A stretch of 64,000 nucleotides of DNA from Octopus sinensis. Lineage: Eukaryota. Shown here piece by piece: positions 25,094 to 39,682 of this stretch (within the stretch, counting starts at the first letter, position 1; each line of letters begins with the position of its first letter). Made by a program: the position numbers and the translations under genes. The notes below the pieces were generated by a model. The model was given only the letters and a program-made list of their open reading frames with translations, was not told the DNA's origin and did not search any database. The DNA is taken from positions 192,386,001-192,450,000 of the forward strand of contig NC_042998.1 in NCBI RefSeq assembly GCF_006345805.1. The letters run 5' to 3'.

Positions 25094-27074
25094 ACTAACC
25101 CGCAAATATAATAAACATCATACTTGAAAAGGGTGCAGTATCTCAAGTACGAGAGTTTAACATGTCATGTTAATATCATTTCTACCATTGAAGTTCCTTC
25201 ATCAGCTTCGATATAAATGATGGTCCTTTTTTTTTTTTTTTTGGCAGTAAAAATAATTCTATGTAACTCAAATTACATTTCCATGTTACTTAACGTCTTG
25301 AGAGTTTGATATGAACGTTTGGTTCCGAAACCTTTACATTAAACATATATTGCATCGGAATTACTTAATATAGTTTGAAGTATAATATATATTTAGTTGA
25401 TTTATGTTTTTAAAATAGCGAACTAAGTCCTCTTACCTCCCACCTGATACTGAATTTATTTGGAAATTGTAGAACGTCTTCATTCATTTTTATGAATAGG
25501 AGGCGTGAGAGTAGTTCAACAGATTCCTCTTATGTAGTCGATTGTCTTGCCTGTGATTTTATGCTCTCATGCCATTCTCATCTCATTCCATTGATTATAT
25601 CGATTATATATCAAATGAAATAACCTGTTTCACCCTGCTTCCTCACACCCATCAATTAATTAATATCCCTTAAGATTTATCATATCTCTGATATCTTACT
25701 TAGATCATTTATTTGATATCAACAAGTCGTATCAAGTTTTCATTTTTTTTTTCCTACTTTTTCCTTTCTATGTACCTATTATATCCCACTGGGTTTCCAA
25801 GAAATCTAATACAGCTTTGGAGTTTAATATAATATAATTCTACAGTCGTAATCAATAAAAAGAGAGGGTATATGAATCCAGTTTCCGAGTGGCATGAGAT
25901 GAGGGTATGTTATAAACTTCAACTGAAGCGCCTGGTCAATCGAAATTTATCGGTGATTTCATAAGACTTTTTCCCCCTTTTTTTATATTTTTATTCTCCT
26001 AAAAGAAATTAAGCCGAGAAAGAACTAGATTTTTGCAGCAAGAAATCGAATGGATTAGAGGAATAATACTCTTGGGAATAACTTAAAGAAAACCGATCCG
26101 AATTCTCTATTGCTTAATGAATGAAAGACGAACGAGCAAAGTTTTGAAGGAGTGTGTTACGCAGTAGTTGACCGTGGCCCAGCCGTTAATATTGCTTTTG
26201 CCAGAGGCGTCGCTTACATCAAGGATAATGAAAGCAAGGTTCAATAAATTCTAGCAGTAGTAAAAGCACTAATGAGCTGTTTGATCGCTTACCGCAATCA
26301 ATCTTCATTTAGCATTAGAATTCGAACATCAAGGCTGACGTTACCAATATAAGGACAATAAAGAGACGGCTTTCGAATTTCTATTTTCAAAGATGTTCAA
26401 GAAAACGTAGTTTTAATCCTTTTTTCCGAAGCTGAGATTGTTCAAAGACGATTCCAACAAAGAACTGAATCACAATTAAAAGATGCATCAGAAAAGAAAA
26501 AAAAAGAAAAAATATATATATAGAGCAAATTATTTCCTCAGAAAAGAAAAAAAAATCTTTGCGGCATTGATTGTTCAAGCTACCCGTGAATTCTAATGAA
26601 CTGGCTAATTTCTTCACAAAATTAAGAGGAAGAAAAGGTGTGCGTGTGTACGTAAAACTTTGAAAAGCAGAAACAGTGCGCAGAAGAGAAAAAGCAAAAG
26701 AGAAAAAAAAAAATAAATAAATAAATAAGATAGGGGCAAAGGAAATGATTACGAGGCGAGGAGATAAGAAGGAAAGAGAAAATTACAACAGAGATAAAGA
26801 TGAGGCAGTAGGAGGAGAGTATAAGGTAGAGGAGAAAAGGGAGAAGCGTTAAGAGTGATGAAGGCAATATTAGCTTAAAAGGAAGTCAGGAAAGGAAAAC
26901 AGGGGAAGATAAAGTGTGATTCAAACTAAAAGGAGAGTAGGAGTAATATATATGCATGTGTGTGCGTGTATGAATACACACACACAGACACACACACACA
27001 CATACACATTAAGCCCACTTATGCATGCCTTTCCTCCCTTGGACACAAAGACCTGCTGAGGCACCAGCCTCGCC

Positions 27075-27289
27075 TGGCACCTGTGCGGGTGGCACGTAAA
27101 AAGCACCCACTACACTCACTCGCGGAGTGGTTGGCGTTAGGAAGGGCATCCAGCTGTAGAAACATTGCCAGATAAGACTGGAGCCTGGTGCAGCCTTCTG
27201 GCTTCCCAGATCCCCGGTCGAACCGTCCAACCCATGCTAGCATGGAGAACGGACGTTAAACGATGATGATGATGATGATGATGATGATG
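27075..27289 (+). mobile_element. 3' part of an interspersed retroelement with a (GAT)n tail
   Basis: Ends CCAACCCATGCTAGCATGGAGAACGGACGTTAAACG(ATG)n. A short minus-strand fragment of the same end is at ~227-277. Confidence 0.7.
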
Positions 27290-27557
27290 TATAATGACAC
27301 ACACACACATACATGCACGACCTAACTGGCAGCAAGTGATCCTCCAAGCATGTCGTGATGAGGACTTCAAAATAATTCGGGTGACGTGGATTTCTCGTAC
27401 AGATGAGTATATATACCCACACTGCTTTCTTCGTTTGAAAACACATCACGGTCATGAACGTTGGTTTTTGTTTTGTTTTTGCTTTTATTTATAGTTGTTG
27501 TTTTTTTTTGGGGGGGGGGTTGCATCATGTCAATCCTAGTTGAACACATCTATATTT

Positions 27558-27900
27558 TTTTTATTGTTCGACCGTGGTCGAGACAATGGAATTTACTATG
27601 TTACGCCAGACTTCACGGTCCATCATAGCATTACGGAGGTCCTGTTGCTGGATTCCTGTATCCCTGGAGATTACATCAGGGTAGGAGAGTGTGCACCCTC
27701 TGGTATCGCGAGCAGATGGCTTCTTGAGGAGAAGAGTAGAAATTACCTCGTTTTCAGCTCTACAACAATGTCCAGCAAACTGGACTCTTCTACCTTTCAC
27801 AAGAGATGATACAGGTGGTAATTTCCCATATATTTGTACTTTGGTTGGATGACGCTTCCACGAATAATTCTAGCTGTGACCGTCCTGTTTCACACAGTTG
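27558..27900 (-). pseudogene. RTE/RTE-X LINE C-terminal relic
   Basis: NYSWKRHPTKVQIYGKLPPVSSLVKGRRVQFAGHC...AMMDREVWRNIV is a typical RTE post-RT tail. Confidence 0.75.
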
Positions 27901-29990
27901 CATCTCAAACTGCCTTATATAATGTATCTTCAGTCTTGGTTATAGACCGTAGAGCAGGTTTTCATAGACTTTGTCACTATTTCTAATATATCGAGCGACC
28001 AGATAGAAGCTTGTTCATTGAACCACATACCGAATCTACTAAACTGAATGTCCCACTGAGTCAATAACAATGTAGCACTGGAAGATTGTGATAAACTGTT
28101 TGTTCTATAACATTGTATAATAAAAAGACATGAAGCACAGGTTGATAGATGATGGTCAATACCAACAATGACATCTGGCCAAGGAAACACGTAATTATAA
28201 GTGTATCCTCCGAATAGCTATGACTTTATACGAAAATATGTAATATTTACAGTGAAAAACAACTTCACATGCGCTTCGAAAACCTAATATATGTATTAAC
28301 TTGCTCAAGAAATGTCAAGAACAATACATTGGTCAAACTAAAAACAGTCTACGCCAGACGATGACCGTACATAAACCCCAGATTAAAATATGAAAATACA
28401 GAAAAATAGCATTAAGTGAACACATCGACATTTGCGCCACTAACGAATAACCTAACTTTGGAATGTTTCCCCTCTGTACATTCAGGGACAATGCAACCTA
28501 TAATCAGCGCATTAGCTAAGAATCATATTTTATCGCAAAATATATGCCTCTTTTGAACGCTTCCACCACAGATGACACTCCTATAAGGATCTTAAAATAA
28601 TACCCACACAAATATCAAAAACGATAGATATGTTCATAACAGATAATTCCAACCACTTCTGCTACAACACAACGGGTCACTTTTAGGTCACTTGACCATT
28701 AAAGATGATTCCACGAAAAGTCTACTCTGACATACCACTCCCGTCTTTTCTTCTTCTTCTTCTTCTTCTTCTTCTTCTCCCTCTGCTGCTGCTGCTTAAA
28801 CCATCAATTCTCTGTACCCATAAAAACTATTTCTTAGATCTACTACTACCCACCAATCCTTCACAAAAGCATAGAGAAAGAGAGAGACATAAAAAAAGGA
28901 AAATGTCCTACCTATTTGAAGACTATGGAAATATTTACAAAATATCTCATTTAATTTTTTCTTCAATTTAATTATTTTTCTTATTTTACTCTTAGTTGAA
29001 AAGGTCAAAAAGACTGAAATGGTTACTAAAATATACTTCATGATAAAATTATTTTATTTTGCTTGGTGTACAGATGATTGCGTGAGCGTGCGCCTGTGTG
29101 TCATCACATGTAGAATCAGTGCAATACACAGTGACAAGGCTGGAGCATCAAATTACGGATATATCCAATTTTTTTCGTCCGCTGGATTCTGTTTACAGAA
29201 TCAAATGCAGATTTCGCGTGAGATGTCTCGGTCACGTGTGGATGATGCATTGTTAGAGAAAATTAGGGAGGAATGAAGAACATGTAATTAGCACAAAAAC
29301 GAGGAACAAAAGCTGACTCTGGAGAATACCAGAATCGATTGGAAGTGGGACAGAAAGACGATGGGCTATACATGTTACGATGCTGTTATTGAATAGTAGC
29401 TATCGATCCTAGAGATAAGAGATTAGTTTTTGTAGGAAATTTGCATACTGAAAACGGTCGAAAATTTTGCTCAAACTAGGGCAATAAATTTACTTTCAAA
29501 AACTTTTTTAAGGCGGAGGCTACTGTTAAATAACATAAAAGAATATGTTTCCACTGAATTTGGCTTTGAGGAAGCAATAGTTGTGATCTCTGAAGAGAGA
29601 GTTATTCAAGATATTAGAGGACGATATTCTTAATAGATGTTTCCATTAATTTATGGATGTTGAAGGGTGAGGGCAATAAGATGATACTTCGCCGGGCCAG
29701 AGAGGTTACCCTTCTCTGAAATAGGACACAGAAGCGTGTTTCCAAATGTCATGGTGTATATCCTCCAGAGAACAAAAAGTTGAAGAGTTTGGTGAATATA
29801 GAGACAAGTTCTGAGAGCAGTGTTCGTGTGTATTGGAAAGAATATTGTCAGAGATAGAAGGCGTGTTTGAAGCAATTGGAGGTGTTTCTAAATAACATTA
29901 TAGATAGATAGCTAAATACATAGTTTAGGTACATACAGCCACTATACATATTTTTTCTCTCCTTTTTTCTCTCCTTGCTTTTTCTGTTCC

Positions 29991-30026
29991 CTTTCTGTGG
30001 AAGAGCGTAGGCTCGAAACGTAAAAG
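29991..30026 (+). ncRNA. Minimal type I hammerhead-like motif, A6->U core variant
   Basis: CTTT-CTGTGGA-A-GAGC(gtag)GCTC-GAAA-CG-TA-AAAG: 4-bp stem I, 4-bp stem II, palindromic ACGT stem III, GTA triplet. A decayed copy is on the minus strand at 1390-1426. Confidence 0.5.
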
Positions 30027-30240
30027 ACTTTTTCTATTCCTGAGCGTTATACTAATACATCTGTTTGTTTTGTACACCACCTGTCTTCGTCTTTTGTTTA
30101 TTTTTCGTAAACTCTCCCTATACATACATACATGCATGCATACATACATACATACATACATACATTCTTACATACATATCGGTGCCCCAGCATGGCCACA
30201 GCCTTATGGCTGAAACATATAAAAGAATATGTATGCATAG

Positions 30241-30327
<87 letters not shown>

Positions 30328-31532
30328 ATATACATATATGCACGCACACTGAGTAATAAGTTTCAAATGACACAATAATTAATGAAACCATTATTAATGA
30401 AATCATTTATAGCCGATTTGAAGAGTTTCGATCGAATATCTGTAATAAATACCGATCCGACTAAGAGCGTAGGAAATATTGAAATTTTATCATTCGCTCC
30501 CCTACTTCAACTTTGTTCCGTTTTTATGGACTATTTGCCCATCAGCACTCTTCAACAAATATATTTATATATGTTATGAGATCGTTATTGATTTCAGAAA
30601 ATCTTGACACCTCCACACTGCATAAGTTCACTTTGTAAACACGCTACATATCTATCCGTATTCATTTCCAGTCAATATATCTGCTGATCTTCACCGCATT
30701 AAATTAGGATTATTGTATTCAATTAGTTGCCTCTTGATACTACTTCCGAGTAGACACATTTAATGTTAGTGCTGTCACCTTTATTGTGGATATATTACTG
30801 TATTTAATCAGAGACCTATTAACCTGACAATACAGAACTCGTACCAAAAGCAGAACGAATAGCTAAGGGATGTTATTTATCTATTGCTTACTATAAAATT
30901 GTTTACCTCTTCATTTCTTGAATATATTCTTGAATATATTTCTTCATTTCTTGAATATATTTTCTATTTATTTTTATGGCATTTCTGTGACATTAACTAC
31001 AGGATTTCTAAAATATATCTTGCTTTCTCATTATCTTAAATTAGTTTTCACTTGTTTATTCCAAAATTCTAAGGGCTGGGGTTATAGACGATATCTTATA
31101 AACAATTTACTTCAAAGAATAAAATGTTTTGAATGGTACAACAATGCACTATAATATTTTAAAAAATGGACTATATACCTGTTGTAATTTAGTTATCCAT
31201 AGTCCGATGATATTTCGGAATACAATTCCTTCTTGAGATATTCTTAGATGGAGTCGTTGCTCTAATCGGTTTTCCAACGGCTTTTCTTTTTTCGGAAGCG
31301 TCTCAGAAGTGGTCTCACGAAGCTCCTTCCGGATTTCCTCATGAGAAGTGCATGAGATCGGCTATGTCTCAATCTCGTGTGTGTTGGTACATCTGTAGCG
31401 CTGCTTCTAAGTTATGTATTATACGTGCAGCTTCCTTTTCCCGCCTCTTTTTACCTCTTCTCTTTATATATATATTTTTTTTGTTATAAACAATAGATGA
31501 GCATATCAAAAACGAACCTACTCGCATCCAGA

Positions 31533-31771
31533 TACTCTTTACTCTTTTACTCTTTTACTCTTTTACTTGTTTCAGTCATTTGACTGCGGCCATGCTGGAG
31601 CACCGCCTTTAGTCGAGCAACTCGACCCCGGGACTTATTCTTTTGTAAGCCCAGTACTTATTCTATCGGTCCCTTTTGCCGAACCGCTAAGTTACGGGGA
31701 CATAAACACACCAGCATCGGTTGTCAAGCAATGCTAGGGGGACAAACACAGACACACAAACACACACACGC

Positions 31772-31802
<31 letters not shown>

Positions 31803-31956
31803 CGACGGGCTTCTTTCAGTTTCCGTCTACCAAATCCACTCACAAGGCTTTGGTCGGCCCGAGGCTATAGCAGAAGACACTTGCCCAAGGTGCCATGCAG
31901 TGGGACTGAACCCGGAACCATGTGGCTGGTAAACAAGCTACTTACCACACAGCCAC
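31533..31956 (-). mobile_element. SINE family B
   Basis: Reverse complement of 59776-60200. Confidence 0.85.
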
Positions 31957-32302
31957 GTAGCTAAAAACTATATTGATTGCCCACCTCTACGTATTTTCCA
32001 ATTTACTTAAATTTATTTTTCGAAGATCTATTCTCTTTAATATTTACAATTGTAAACTTAAAAATCTGTGGAGGTGCGACTTTCCAGTTTTATTATCACT
32101 ATTATTGTCCCTCCTTTAGAAAAGCTTGCAATTGTGTTCTTCTTAATTGTTTGTCTTATATATAATTCTTTCTATTCTTACTCTGCTTTTATTGCTAATT
32201 TTCTCATTTTTATCATGAATGGTGAACGTAAATACTCAACCCACTGTATTTCGCATTTGTACTGTTACCTATGATCTTGGGTCCAAAACCAATAATGGAA
32301 AT

Positions 32303-33120
32303 TGGCAGAAGCGTTAGCACACCGGGCGAAATGCTTAGCGGTATTTCGTCTGTCGTTACGTTCTGAGTTCACATTCCGCCGAGGTTGACTTTGCTTTTCA
32401 TCCTTTCGGGGTCGATAAATTAAGTACCAGTTCCGCACTGGGATCGATGTAATCGACTTAATACCTATGTCTGTCCTTGTTTGTCCCCTCTGTGTTTAGC
32501 CCCTTGTGGGTAATAAAGAAATAGGTATTTCGTCTGCCGTTACGTTCTGAGTTCAAATACCGCCGAGGTCGACTTTGCCTTTCATCCTTTCAGGGTCGAT
32601 AAATTAAGTACCAGTTACGCACTGGAGTCGAAGTAATCGACTCGCCCTTCCTCCAAAATTTCGGGCCTTGTGCCTAGAGTAGAAAAGGTTATTATTATTA
32701 TTAAGACGGCGACTTGGCAGAATCGTGAGCACAGCGGGCGAAATGCTTAGCGGTATTTCAGCCGTCTTTATGTTCTGAGTTCAAATTCCGACGAGGTCGA
32801 CTTTAGTTTTTTTCCTTTCGGGGTCGATGAATTAAGTATTTGTCAAGTACTGCGGTCGATATAATCGACTGGTCCCCTACCCCAAAATTTCAGGTCTTGT
32901 GCCTAGAGTAGAAAAAATTATTATTATCATTATGGTGGTGAGTAGACAGAATCGTTAAGACGCCGGACAAAATGTTTAGCAGCATTTCATCGTGTTTTAT
33001 GCGTTCTGAGTTCAAACATTGACGAGGGCGACTTTGCTTTCATCTTTTCGGGATCGATGAAATAAGTGCTAGTTGAGTACTGGGGTCGATGTAATAAATT
33101 AATCCTTCCCCACCCCAAAA
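32303..33120 (+). mobile_element. Head-to-tail chain of three SINEs
   Basis: Heads at ~32303, ~32705 and ~32937, each after the (TTA)n tail of the previous copy. Confidence 0.8.
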
Positions 33121-34380
33121 AGAAATTTAGCAAGACCTGTAAATAAATAAAAATTATGTACCTATGATGCCACTGACTCCCTGGAGTTGTGAGGACACAT
33201 AAACAATCAAGCTACGAATATAAACTACTTGCGACACAAACTGTCTGCAAAATTAAAATTATAGCACTAAACTGAACTGAACTTGTAAGAGAACCTCCCT
33301 TAAGTTATTGCGGCTTTCAGTACCTAATGTCTCAAAGGACGATCACTGCTGCATTCGGTTGCACTCGAATACATTTTGAGAAATGATTAATTGAACGGGA
33401 TCATGATGTTCCCTATTCATCTTTACCAGTAATCATTCATGATTTATTACCTTTCCTTAAATCTTGTTTCAATTAATGTATATTTTATCGTATTTTTTCT
33501 TAATAATTTTTGAACAAATATGTATGCGCCAATTCATACTTATGTGGATACGTTCGCATCTACCTGTACAGGTGTAAGTTTGTGTATGTGTGTATGTGCG
33601 AGTGTTTGTGCATTTGCTGGCAGAATCATTAGCACCCTGGGTAAAATGTTTAGCGGTATTTTGTCGGTCTTTACATTCTGAGTTCAAATTCTACCGAGGT
33701 CGACTCAGCTTTTCATCCTTTTGATATCGATAAAATCAGTACCAGTTGAATACTGGAGTTCATGTAATCGACTTACCTCCTCCCCCAAAATTGCTGGCCC
33801 TGTGCCGAAATTTGAAACCATGATTACTAGACATTTTCACTCAATACTCAGGTTTGTTTTTTCAAGGTCAGCCACCAACCGATATTTGCCAATTATAGAA
33901 AAGATTATTATGATAGTGGAGTTGTAGAATGGTTACAGCGTCAGATAAAATGCCTTGCGGTATTTGTTCAAGCTCTTTATGTTAAGTTCAAATCATGCTG
34001 AATTCAACTATGCTTTCATCTTCTGTGAGATCAATAAAATGAAGAACCAGTCAAGTACTGGGGCTTGTTTAATCGACCATGGTATCTACCAGGAAAAATA
34101 AAAACACTCCAGATATATATATATTCAAGAAACTTTTAATAATATTCGCCTTCGACTAAGTTCTTATCCTTCACTATTTTGAGCTTTCAACAAAAACAGA
34201 TGGAGATAAAATGACACAATGATACCAATAATAAAACGTGGGCGATTAAACGGGGTTTTTTGTTATTTGTGTTTTTTGTTTATATTTACCTGTTGCTAGG
34301 ATAAAAGGAGTCAAGCTGTTCTTTATATTTCAAAAATATCCTGGAAACAGATAACAAATTTACTGCGGCGAAACCTCAAT

Positions 34381-34407
34381 ATGTTATTGTTGTTGTTGTT
34401 GAGGTGG

Positions 34408-34438
<31 letters not shown>

Positions 34439-34760
34439 GGTGGTCTGGTGGTGGTGGTGGTGGTGATGGTGGTGGTGGTTGTGGTTGTGGTGGTGGTTGT
34501 GGTGGTGGTCGTGGTGGTGGTCGTGGTGGTGGTGGTGATAGTGGTTGTGGTTGTGGTTGTGGTGGTGGTGGCCGTGGTGGTGGTGGTGGTGGTGGCAGTG
34601 GCGGTGGTGGTGGTGGTAGCGGTTGCGGTGGTGGTGGTGGTGGTGGTGGTAGTGGTATCTGCGCCGGCAGCGGTGATGTTTGTAGTGGAAGTGATGATTG
34701 ATGTTTGTAGTGGATGTGGTTGTGATGATAGTGGTGCTAATGATGATGATGATGACGGTG
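34381..34760. repeat. Compound (GGT/GTT/GAT)n trinucleotide tract
   Basis: Directly visible. Confidence 0.95.
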
Positions 34761-35122
34761 GTGATTTAACCATAAATTACTTTTGTTTCAGACCGGACAA
34801 CTAAATGCTTCTATCTTTGACTATGCCACCTTAATTTATGTCCTGAATTAATCTAACCATGTGTTCGCTTTTCTTTTTTTTTCCTTTTCGTTTCTCTTAC
34901 GCCGGTAGGATATCGTTCGAGGAAGGCTACGATTTGTAAGATTTTATATAGCCGATACAACGACTGTGTAAGGTACCTATCTTTAACCGTATAGTAAAAA
35001 GCCGGGACAAATCTTTTGCGAAAATATCTTAATTCTTTCTACAATAGGCGCAAGATCACAGTCCAGTCACGGGAAAGCGTTTAGTCGATTTAGATCGACA
35101 ACAATATCTAACTGATATTTTA

Positions 35123-35449
35123 TGGCTCAGTGGTTAGAGCGTCGAGCTTACGATCGTGAGGTTGTGAGCTCGAATCCCGGACCGGGCTGCGTGTTGTGTT
35201 CTTGAGCAAGACACTTTATTTCACGTTTCTTCAGTTCACTCAGCTGTAGAAATGAGTTGCGACTTCACAGGTGCCAAGCTGTATCGACCTTTGTCTTTCC
35301 CTTGGATAACACTGGTGGCGTGGAGAGAGGAGGCCGATATGCATGGGCGACTGCTGGTCTTCCATAAAACCACCTTGCCCAGACTTGTGACTAGGAGGGT
35401 AACTTTCTAGGTGCAATCCCATGGTCAGTGTCGTGACCGAAGGAGGTCC
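35123..35449 (+). mobile_element. tRNA-derived SINE (third family) inserted in an older SINE
   Basis: A box TGGCTCAGTGG, B-box-like GCTCGAATCC, then GTGTTGTGTTCTTGAGCAAGACACTT; the flanks rejoin into a minus-strand older SINE. Confidence 0.8.
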
Positions 35450-36310
35450 CAGATTTTATACTATCCCACTCGGAAGGACGAACGGTAAAATCAACATCGG
35501 CCGGATTTGAAAGACAAAATTGATCTCTGTGATATTTCTAAGATAATACAGTAAAGGTAGACTTCCTTGGTACCATATATTCAAAACCTTATTACCGTAG
35601 CTCTATTCAATCATATATAAAGACTTTTAATTATAGTTCTTGTACGAAAGGCCAGTACTGGACATTTTGACATATTATTGGTACATATTTAACATGTTAA
35701 AGTGAACTACTTAATTCATATTACTATATTTTATCTACTATCTGGAGTTTTATATATGATTAGCATGCTAGGTACAAACTCTCAATGACTAACCATCATG
35801 TTCAATTCTAGTATTGTGATTATATAGTACAATGGCTGAACGGGGAGAAGTCATTGATTCTTAACTACTCTCGAACTTTTAGTTTATAGCTCTGAACAAA
35901 ATTGTCGTATGAATATTAATGTAAACGCAGGCTCTTAATATGTAGGAAATACGATAGAAGAAAAGGAAAATATATATATAGGAAGGAACATTGGAATAAA
36001 TGTGGAAGATATATTAGAACAGAATATCTGGTTTCCATAGCACTGGCATACGTACAGCGAGGAATTTTATTCTCAAGCCATGGCATAATGGGATATAGTC
36101 AAGCATTCATATGCGAACGCACGTACATACATACGCTCACGCGCATGCGCACACACATATACTCTCTCACACATGATATATAATATTGAGATGATTTTCT
36201 CGATGGCACTCGTACGTGTGAGTGTGTGTGTGCCTGTCTGTATGTATGTATGTACGTATGTATGTATATATGTATGTATGCATGTATATATTACGTAATA
36301 TTTGTCTGTG

Positions 36311-36351
<41 letters not shown>

Positions 36352-37499
36352 ATGTACCTATGTATCTATGTATGTGTATGTATTCGTTCAAAGTCCCGAC
36401 AATATCGTCTTGTTGCAATTTCAGGATTAGCTAAGTTATTGCAAAAGATATTACACAGAGGAATCCGAAAGAATAACAATGATAGTGAAAGTTGAAACAA
36501 AATACATAAATCACATTTTCAGAACTATCTATCTGCTTATTAAGATGTAAATGGTAAATCATAGAAATAAGAATGGAATTCATTAGAAAACAAGCTCGAA
36601 ATTTAGGTGTCTGAAGAACAGATTTCATTTCTCCCAGAGAACAGAGCAAGTGTGCTGGGCGCATTGTCCAAATATACGTTTGTTATATTGTTATGTGTGT
36701 ATGAAGTTAACGCGAGCGTGTGTATATGTATGTGTGTGTGCGTGAGTGTGTTTGTATGTGTGTGTGTGTGTGCAAACATGTAAGTGGGTGCGTCTATGAA
36801 GCATTGAGCACTTGTATACGTTGTGTATTTATGATTGAGTATACATATATTTGGGTGTGTGTTTATGTCTGTGTCAAGCTACCTGATGTATGTGTGTGTG
36901 TGACGCTATCCGACGTGTGTGTGTGTGTGTGTGAGTGTGTGTGCAAGTATGCATATGTGTATGAAGCTAATTGTATGCGTGTGTAATGTGTGCGTTAAGC
37001 GCGCATGCTCTATACGTGTGTGTGTATGTATCATTTATTTTCTGTTTGTGTGTGAGAGAGAGAGTGTGATGTGTGTGTATGTGGTTGTATGAGATTATCA
37101 GACATATGTGTATGCATACACGTGACTGTGAGTAACGCTATTCAGCACAAAATGAAGACAGCTCAGGAAGCACAACCTTTAACAGATGTTTTAGTTTAAT
37201 GCTTAAAAGGGAGAAATATATGTATGAATGAATGAATGAACAAATACATAACTTGGCTAATGACCCTGTGAAAACAGGCAAAACTCCCTCCAGTGTAGCA
37301 AAAGAATGACTCGGCCAAAATAGAAATATTGATTTTGAAGTTTGACACACGGTTAAATAATTCAACCTCAGTATTTGACTGGAGCTTATTTTGTCGACCC
37401 TGAAACTCTCAGTGGGTTAAAAACTCAAGAAAATAACCATCGTTTCTGATTTAGACACAAATTCAGCATTTCGGCCAAAATAGAACTTTTGATTTTGAA

Positions 37500-37920
37500 G
37501 TTTGACAGAAGGCCAGCTATTTCGGGAGAGGGGGCAAGTCCATTACATCGACTGCAGTATTCAACTGGCATTTATTTTATCGATCCGAAAGAATGAAAGG
37601 TAAAGTCGACCACGACGGAATTTGAACTCAGACAAAATGCCACTAAGCATTTTTCCCGGCGGGCTAACGATTCTGCCAGCACGCTGCTTTGACCAAAACA
37701 GAAATATTCTTTTCTACTCTAGGCACAAGGACCGAAATTTTGGGCGGAGGGGTGATCCAGTCGATTAAATCGACCTCAGTACGCAACTGTTACTTAATTT
37801 ATCGACCCCGAAAGGATAAAAAGCAAAGTCAACCTCGGTGGAATTTGAAGTCAGAATGTAAAGACGGACGAAATAGCTATTTCTTTACTATCCACAAGGG
37901 GCTAAACACAGAGAGGACAT
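37500..37920 (-). mobile_element. Two adjacent SINE copies, the second 5'-truncated within the 3' module of a composite
   Basis: Body motif CGACCCCGAAAGGAT(G/A)AAA..CAAAGTC occurs twice. Confidence 0.75.
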
Positions 37921-38006
37921 GCAACAATGGAGGGAGCGCCCCACGATACGCATACGGACATTTCGAGGTATTTTTATAAACACAACTCTTCTGTAACAGG
38001 AAGATA

Positions 38007-38056
<50 letters not shown>

Positions 38057-38164
38057 CTATCTCTATATCTTTCTCTATATATATGCTATAAAAATACAGA
38101 GAGGGAGAGATAGGAAGATAGACAGACAGCCAGATAGATAGATAGCTAGTTAGCTAGCTAGCTA

Positions 38165-38254
38165 GCTAGCAAGCTAGATAGATAGATAGATAGATAGATA
38201 GATGGATAGACAGAGAGACAGACAGACAGTTAGATAGATAGACAGACAGACTGT

Positions 38255-38316
<62 letters not shown>
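38165..38316. repeat. (GATA/GACA)n tract
   Basis: Directly visible; preceded by (CT)n/(CTAT)n at 38008-38070. Confidence 0.95.
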
Positions 38317-38317
<1 letters not shown>

Positions 38318-38975
38318 CTGTCATCGGAAGAATGTGAGCCATTGAAAGACATAACTTTGCCTCACGGAGCCATACGAATACGCGTTTTACCACACATCTA
38401 CAACATTATGAGCCTTTATTAAATAATTAAGATGTCTATAGCAATAAGCCATAATTCATTCGAAACAGCTGTCAAGATAAGATTATTACATAACTTCTTT
38501 CGTTTATTTTGCATTCTTAATTTTTTTCATTTTTTGTAATCTGTGTAAATATACTCATCAAGCACCTTGTCTGTAGTTGCCTTTTTACTTCCACACTTCG
38601 AGGATCGTGCATATAGCAGACTTTCTACACAAGAGGCACCTGTCTTGAAATTTAAGTTCTCATTTATCTGAGCACTACTCCGTGAATATCTATACTACGC
38701 TTCCCTTGGCACTCCTCAACACACCATTCATTATATATATATATATATATATACATATATAATTTTATATATACCCTTATGATACATATTTTGGTGTATG
38801 CACACATATATACACGTACGCATATATGTGTGGGCATCTACAATGATTGTGTGTGTATATATAACATATATATATATATATACACACATATGTATATATA
38901 TATGTATATATATATATATACATATTTATATATGTGTGTGTATATATATATATATATTATATATATATATGTATG

Positions 38976-39008
<33 letters not shown>

Positions 39009-39682
39009 GTATATGTGTGTGTGTGTGTGTGTGTGGCTGTGTGTGTGTGCACAAATGTAATATATTTCTTTGCGGTTTTGTTTATTTAGTGATATAAAAT
39101 CAAAAAGTGTTTAATACATTTTTAGCGGTGATAAAATAACGGTGTCGATTTAACTGACAAAACCAGACTTGGGTTACCTTTTACCTTTGGGGTAATCAAA
39201 TACAGTTTTCTTGAATAAAGTCTGGCTTTTGCGTAAAAAATACATTTTTCCTAATTATCTATTAATGTATTCTTCATTAAATATATATAATTAAGTCAAA
39301 AGATCAGTTTATGTTTTTATTTTTTATTTCAATATTTATAATTACATTTTCAGAATAAATGTAATTACATTTTCCTCTAAAACCTATTAAAGAAACACTA
39401 AACAATTTTTTTATTAGATTTTCTATTACGTAGCCTTATTAGATTATATAATATTTAAAACAATACGGACGGCCTTCAAATATGAAAGTTCCCAACTATT
39501 TTCCCGCCAATATGTGTAGTTCTTGTGCCTGTGTAAAACTGTTATTACCGAGGGAGATGAAATCGCCAGAATTTTCAGAGAAAATTACTTGTAATAGTTC
39601 TGGCTCTTTACGCTTTGAGTTCAAATTCCATCGAACACAACTGTTTCTCTCATCCCTTTCGGCCTTGATGAAATAGAGTATC

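Noticed and set aside
25564-25900. 13-bp inverted repeat TCTCATGCCA(T/C)TC about 310 bp apart
   Set aside because: No TSD and no second copy; within chance expectation for 64 kb.
29190-29276. Possible exon after the CTGTTTACAG acceptor (NQMQISREMSRSRVDDALLEKIREE*)
   Set aside because: Every frame hits a stop before a credible donor; phase-incompatible with the 3285 donor.
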